NCBI GenBank assembly: GCA_002189035.1
Contig: NEEC01000440.1
Location: forward strand, 1-15,952
Source: Utricularia gibba
Taxonomy: Eukaryota > Plantae > Magnoliophyta
Length of the DNA: 15,952 nucleotides
Direction of reading: 5' to 3'
Positions 9,398 to 15,952 of this stretch are shown here, in pieces; within the stretch, counting starts at the first letter, position 1; each line of letters starts with the position of its first letter. A program made the translations under genes and the position numbers. The notes beneath the pieces were generated by a model that saw nothing but the letters and a program-made list of their open reading frames with translations, ran no database searches and had not been told where the DNA came from.

Positions 9398-12300
9398 AAA
9401 CCATGTAGGCAGCCAATTAAAACCCAACGTTAAGAAATGCATCAAGTTTTTTGCCGAGCTACAAATGACTATGGGCCCGAGCTCGACTCGACCTCCTTCT
9501 CGATACCGTTGCCCCACGAGAGCGCCTCCTCAGATATAAAGCATGCGGTTGAGAAAACCATTTTGGGTGCTATGACATCCTAACTTCAATAAGTGCATCA
9601 CGATTTTCGTCGAGTAGGACCCGATGTGGCAAAGGAGTCAGACCGAACCTTGGGTCAGAACGAAGTTCACAACGACATCACCCGCCCAAAAACGACAAGC
9701 TTTTCCTTGAGAAACCATGTAGGCAGCCAATTAAAACCCAACGTTAAGAAATGCATCAAGTTTTTTGCCGAGCTACAAATGACTATGGGCCCGAGCTCGA
9801 CTCGACCTCCTTCTCGATACCGTTGCCCCACGAGAGCGCCTCCTCAAATATAAAGCATGCGGTTGAGAAAACCATTTTGGGTGCTCATGACATCCTAACT
9901 TCAATAAAGTGCATCACGATTTTCGTCGAGTAGGACCCGATGTGGCAAAGGAGTCAGACCGAACCTTGGGTCAGAACGAAGTTCACAACGACATCACCCG
10001 CCCAAAAACGACAAGCTTTTCCTTGAGAAACCATGTAGGCAGCCAATTAAAACCCAACGTTAAGAAATGCATCAAGTTTTTTGCCGAGCTACAAATGACT
10101 ATGGGCCCGAGCTCGACTCGACCTCCTTCTCGATACCGTTGCCCCACGAGAGCGCCTCCTCAGATATAAAGCATGCGGTTGAGAAAACCATTTTGGGTGC
10201 TTATGTTTCTTTTCACGATTTCGTCGAGTAGGACCCGATGTGGAAAAGGAGTCAGACCGAACCTTGGGTCAGAACGAAGTTCACAACGACATCACCCGCC
10301 AAAAACGACAAGCTTTTCCTTGAGAAACCATGTAGGCAGCCAATTAAAACCCAACGTTAAGAAATGCATCAAGTTTTTTGCCGAGCCACAAATGACTATG
10401 GGCCCGAGCTCGACTCGACCACCTCTCGATACCGTTGCCCCACGAGAGCGCCTTATCAAATATAAAGCATGCGGTTGAGAAAACCATTTTGGGTGCTCAT
10501 GACATCCTAACTTCAATAAGTGCATCACGATTTTCGTCGAGTAGGACCCGATGTGGCAAAGGAGTCAGACCGAACCTTGGGTCAGAACGAAGTTCACAAC
10601 GACATCACCCGCCCAAAAACGACAAGCTTTTCCTTGAGAAACCATGTAGGCAGCCAATTAAAACCCAACGTTAAGAAATGCATCAAGTTTTTTGCCGAGC
10701 TACAAATGACTATGGGCCCGAGCTCGACTCGACCTCCTCTCGATACCGTTGCCCCACGAGAGCGCCTATCAATATAAAGCATGCGGTTGAGAAAACCATT
10801 TTGGGTGCTCATGACATCCTAACTTCAATAAGTGCATCACGATTTTCGTCGAGTAGGACCGATGTGGCAAAGGAGTCAGACCGAACCTTGGGTCAGAACG
10901 AAGTTCACAACGACATCACCCGCCCAAAAACGACAAGCTTTTCCTTGAGAAACCATGTAGGCAGCCAATTAAAACCCAACGTTAAGAAATGCATCAAGTT
11001 TTTTGCCGAGCTACAAATGACTATGGGCCCGAGCTCGACTCGACCTCCTTCTCGATACCGTTGCCCCACGAGAGCGCCTCCTCAGATAAAGCATGCGGTT
11101 GAGAAAACCATTTTGGGTGCTATGACATCCTAACTTCAATAAGTGCATCACGATTTTCGTCGAGTAGGACCCGATGTGGCAAAGGAGTCAGACCGAACCT
11201 TGGGTCAGAACGAAGTTCACAACGACATCACCCGCCCAAAAACGACAAGCTTTTCCTTGAGAAACCATGTAGGCAGCCAATTAAAACCCAACGTTAAGAA
11301 ATGCATCAAGTTTTTTGCCGAGCACAAATGACTATGGGCCCGAGCTCGACTCGACCTCCTGCTCGATACCGTTGCCCCACGAGAGCGCCTTATCAAATAT
11401 AAAGCATGCGGTTGAGAAAACCATTTTGGGTGCTCATGACATCCTAACTTCAATAAGTGCATCACGATTTTCGTCGAGTAGGACCCGATGTGGCAAAGGA
11501 GTCAGACCGAACCTTGGGTCAGAACGAAGTTCACAACGACATCACCCGCCCAAAAACGACAAGCTTTTCCTTGAGAAACCATGTAGGCAGCCAATTAAAA
11601 CCCAACGTTAAGAAATGCATCAAGTTTTTTGCCGAGCTACAAATGACTATGGGCCCGAGCTCGACTCGACCTCCTTCTCGATACCGTTGCCCCACGAGAG
11701 CGCCTCCTCAGATATAAAGCATGCGGTTGAGAAAACCATTTTGGGTGCTTATGACATCCTAACTTCAATAAGTGCATCACGAATTTCGTCGAGTAGGACC
11801 CGATGTGGAAAAGGAGTCAGACCGAACCTTGGGTCAGAACGAAGTTCACAACGACATCACCCGCCCAAAAACGACAAGCTTTTCCTTGAGAAACCATGTA
11901 GGCAGCCAATTAAAACCCAACGTTAAGAAATGCATCAAGTTTTTTGCCGAGCCACAAATGACTATGGGCCCGAGCTCGACTCGACCACCTGCTCGATACC
12001 GTTGCCCCACGAGAGCGCCTCCTCAAATATAAAGCATGCGGTTGAGAAAACCATTTTGGGTGCTCATGACATCCTAACTTCAATAAGTGCATCACGATTT
12101 TCGTCGAGTAGGACCCGATGTGGCAAAGGAGTCAGACCGAACCTTGGGTCAGAACGAAGTTCACAACGACATCACCCGCCCAAAAACGACAAGCTTTTCC
12201 TTGAGAAACCATGTAGGCAGCCAATTAAAACCCAACGTTAAGAAATGCATCAGTTTTTTGCCGAGCTACAAATGACTATGGGCCCGAGCTCGACTCGACC

Positions 12301-15300
12301 TCCTTCTCGATACCGTTGCCCCACGAGAGCGCCTCCTCAGATATAAAGCATGCGGTTGAGAAAACCATTTTGGGTGCTTATGACATCCTAACTTCAATAA
12401 GTGCATCACGATTTTCGTCGAGTAGGACCCGATGTGGCAAAGGAGTCAGACCGAACCTTGGGTCAGAACGAAGTTCACAACGACATCACCCGCCCAAAAA
12501 CGACAAGCTTTTCCTTGAGAAACCATGTAGGCAGCCAATTAAAACCCAACGTTAAGAAATGCATCAAGTTTTTTGCCGAGCTACAAATGACTATGGGCCC
12601 GAGCTCGACTCGACCTCCTTCTCGATACCGTTGCCCCACGAGAGCGCCTCCTCAGATATAAAGCATGCGGTTGAGAAAACCATTTTGGGTGCTTATGACA
12701 TCCTAACTTCAATAAGTGCATCACGATTTTCGTCGAGTAGGACCCGATGTGGAAAAGGAGTCAGACCGAACCTTGGGTCAGAACGAAGTCACAACGACAT
12801 CACCCGCCAAAAACGACAAGCTTTTCCTTGAGAAACCATGTAGGCAGCCAATTAAAACCCAACGTTAAGAAATGCATCAAGTTTTTTGCCGAGCTACAAA
12901 TGACTATGGGCCCGAGCTCGACTCGACCCCCTCTCGATACCGTTGCCCCACGAGAGCGCCTTATCAAATATAAAGCATGCGGTTGAGAAAACCATTTTGG
13001 GTGCTCATGACATCCTAACTTCAATAAGTGCATCACGATTTTCGTCGAGTAGGACCCGATGTGGCAAAGGAGTCAGACCGAACCTTGGGTCAGAACGAAG
13101 TTCACAACGACATCACCCGCCCAAAAACGACAAGCTTTTCCTTGAGAAACCATGTAGGCAGCCAATTAAAACCCAACGTTAAAAAATGCATCAAGTTTTT
13201 TGCCGAGCTACAAATGACTATGGGCCCGAGCTCGACTCGACCTCCTTCTCGATACCGTTGCCCCACGAGAGCGCCTCCTCAGATATAAAGCATGCGGTTG
13301 AGAAAACCATTTTGGGTGCTTATGACATCCTAACTTCAATAAGTGCATCACGATTTTCGTCGAGTAGACCCGATGTGGAAAAAGAGTCAGACCGAACCTG
13401 GGTCAGAACGAAGTTCACAACGACATCACCCGCCCAAAAACGACAAGCTTTTCCTTGAGAAACCATGTAGGCAGCCAATTAAAACCCAACGTTAAGAAAT
13501 GCATCAAGTTTTTTGCCGAGCTACAAATGACTATGGGCCCGAGCTCGACTCGACCTCCTTCTCGATACCGTTGCCCCACGAGAGCGCCTCCTCAGATATA
13601 AAGCATGCGGTTGAGAAAACCATTTTGGGTGCTCATGACATCCTAACTTCAATAAGTGCATCACGATTTTCGTCGAGTAGGACCCGATGTGGCAAAGGAG
13701 TCAGACCGAACCTTGGGTCAGAACGAAGTTCACAACGACATCACCCGCCCAAAAACGACAAGCTTTTCCTTGAGAAACCATGTAGGCAGCCAATTAAAAC
13801 CCAACGTTAAGAAATGCATCAAGTTTTTGCCGAGCTACAAATGACTATGGGCCCGAGCTCGACTCGACCACCTGCTCGATACCGTTGCCCACGAGAGCGC
13901 CTTATCAAATATAAAGCATGCGGTTGAGAAAACCATTGGGTGCTCATGACATCCTAACTTCAATAAGTGCCACGATTTTCGTCGAGTAGGACCCGATGTG
14001 GAAAAGGAGTCAGACCGAACCTTGGGTCAGAACGAAGTTCACAACGACATCACCCGCCAAAAACGACAAGCTTTTCCTTGAGAAACCATGTAGGCAGCCA
14101 ATTAAAACCCAACGTTAAGAAATGCATCAAGTTTTTTGCCGAGCTACAAATGACTATGGGCCCGAGCTCGACTCGACCTCCTTCTCGATACCGTTGCCCA
14201 CGAGAGCGCCTCCTCAGATATAAAGCATGCGGTTGAGAAAACCATTTTGGTGCTTATGACATCCTAACTTCAATAAGTGCATCACGATTTTCGTCGAGTA
14301 GGACCCGATGTGGCAAAGGAGTCAGACCGAACCTTGGGTCAGAACGAAGTTCACAACGACATCACCGCCCAAAAAACGACAAGCTTTTCCTTGAGAAACC
14401 ATGTAGGCAGCCAATTAAAACCCAACGTTAAGAAATGCATCAAGTTTTTTGCCGAGCTACAAATGACTATGGGCCCGAGCTCGACTCGACCTCCTGCTCG
14501 ATACCGTTGCCCACGAGAGCGCCTCCTCAGATATAAAGCATGCGGTTGAGAAAACCATTTTGGGTGCTCATGACATCCTAACTTCAATAAGTGCATCACG
14601 ATTTCGTCGAGTAGGACCCGATGTGGCAAAGGAGTCAGACCGAACCTTGGGTCAGAACGAAGTTCACAACGACATCACCCGCCCAAAAACGACAAGCTTT
14701 TCCTTGAGAAACCATGTAGGCAGCCAATTAAAACCCAACGTTAAGAAATGCATCAAGTTTTTTGCCGAGCACAAATGACTATGGGCCCGAGCTCGACTCG
14801 ACCTCCTTCTCGATACCGTTGCCCCACGAGAGCGCCTCCTCAGATATAAAGCATGCGGTTGAGAAAACCATTTTGGTGCTCATGACATCCTAACTTCAAT
14901 AAGTGCATCACGATTTTCGTCGAGTAGACCCGATGTGGAAAAAGGAGTCAGACCGAACCTTGGGTCAGAACGAAGTTCACAACGACATCACCCGCCCAAA
15001 AACGACAAGCTTTTCCTTGAGAAACCATGTAGGCAGCCAATTAAAACCCAACGTTAAGAAATGCATCAAGTTTTTTGCCGAGCCACAAATGACTATGGGC
15101 CCGAGCTCGACTCGACCACCTGCTCGATACCGTTGCCCCACGAGAGCGCCTCCTCAAATATAAAGCATGCGGTTGAGAAAACCATTTTGGGTGCTCATGA
15201 CATCCTAACTTCAATAAGTGCATCACGATTTTCGTCGAGTAGGACCCGATGTGGCAAAGGAGTCAGACCGAACCTTGGGTCAGAACGAAGTTCACAACGA

Positions 15301-15952
15301 CATCACCCGCCCAAAAACGACAAGCTTTTCCTTGAAAAACCATGTAGGCAGCCAATTAAAACCCAACGTTAAGAAATGCATCAAGTTTTTTGCCGAGCTA
15401 CAAATGACTATGGGCCCGAGCTCGACTCGACCTCCTTCTCGATACCGTTGCCCCACGAGAGCGCCTCCTCAGATATAAAGCATGCGGTTGAGAAAACCAT
15501 TTTGGGTGCTTATGACATCCTAACTTCAATAAGTGCATCACGATTTTCGTCGAGTAGGACCCGATGTGGCAAAGGAGTCAGACCGAACCTTGGGTCAGAA
15601 CGAAGTTCACAACGACATCACCCGCCCAAAAACGACAAGCTTTTCCTTGAGAAACCATGTAGGCAGCCAATTAAAACCCAACGTTAAGAAATGCATCAAG
15701 TTTTTTTGCCGAGCCACAAATGACTATGGGCCGAGCTCGACTCGACCTCCTCTCGATACCGTTGCCCCACGAGAGCGCCTTATCAAATATAAAGCATGCG
15801 TTGAGAAAACCATTTTGGGTGCTCATGACATCCTAACTTCAATAAGTGCATCACGATTTTCGTCGAGTAGGACCCGATGTGGCAAAGGAGTCAGACCGAA
15901 CCTTGGGTCAGAACGAAGTTCACAACGACATCACCCGCCCAAAAACGACAAG

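Larger units (their letters stand above)
1..15952 (+). repeat. Tandem satellite DNA array, ~315-bp monomer, ~51 copies, head-to-tail, uninterrupted
   Basis: The anchor AAACCATGTAGGCAGCC recurs at 1, 315, 630, 944, 1258, 1567, 1879, 2194, 2508, 2819 ... 8450, 8766, 9083, 9398 ... 15022, 15337, 15652 (51 starts, mean spacing 313.0 bp). All copies are in the same orientation, with no unique spacer, inversion or insertion. Each monomer carries ApaI (GGGCCC), SacI (GAGCTC), HindIII (AAGCTT), NsiI, SphI and AclI sites. The tandem repeat is seen directly; 'genomic satellite' is inference from length, homogeneity and recurring linked variants. Confidence 0.98.

Noticed and set aside
110-15687. About 100 short ORFs (60-184 aa) with repeating peptides such as MHHDFRRVGPDVAKES, MHQVFCRATNDYGPEL and MMHLLKLGCH
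   Set aside because: They are frames of the same repeat. Several 'starts' are GTG/TTG/CTG, each frame hits stops within about one monomer, the longer ORFs arise only from 1-bp indels joining frames, and I recognise no protein family.
1-15952. Rolling-circle concatemer of a ~315-nt circle (viroid-like RNA or eccDNA)
   Set aside because: A single-monomer template would give identical copies with random errors, not recurring linked alleles. A multi-monomer circle would give a strict period, which is absent. I found only short (up to ~9 bp) complementary patches and no rod-like self-complementarity.
1-15952. CRISPR array
   Set aside because: There are no short repeats separated by unique spacers; the entire 315 bp is repeated.
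1-15952. Strict long-period higher-order repeat (for example the 28-monomer offset between 1-1257 and 8766-10027)
   Set aside because: The allele match lasts only about 3-4 monomers before breaking, and spacing of B-like copies is irregular (1-6 monomers).
1-15952. Scattered homopolymer length changes (T5/T6/T7, C3/C4, A4/A5/A6) as biological variation
   Set aside because: They are biased to deletion and located in runs, which is typical of long-read error, so I did not use them as haplotype markers.

Overview
The whole window is one uninterrupted head-to-tail tandem array of a ~315-bp monomer: 50 full copies plus a 301-bp final copy (first starts at 1, last at 15652; mean observed period 313.0 bp; clean copies 315-316 bp; ~48% GC by hand count). 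Both window ends lie inside the array. I find no supportable gene, RNA gene, mobile element or CRISPR; every ORF in the track is a reading frame of the same repeat, broken by stops and frameshifts. The best reading is satellite DNA, plausibly a plant subtelomeric type (inference). The structure worth attention is: (i) the monomer is an old, diverged dimer of 156 + 159 bp subunits; (ii) monomers fall into two linked haplotypes (A and B, ~97% identical) with mosaics and a weak ordering bias; (iii) rare variants recur many kb apart on the same haplotype background; (iv) single-base deletions pile up at the A/B polymorphic positions, which suggests a consensus artefact and limits how far the variant order can be trusted. 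I see no evidence of a novel coding or catalytic system. All tallies are by hand.
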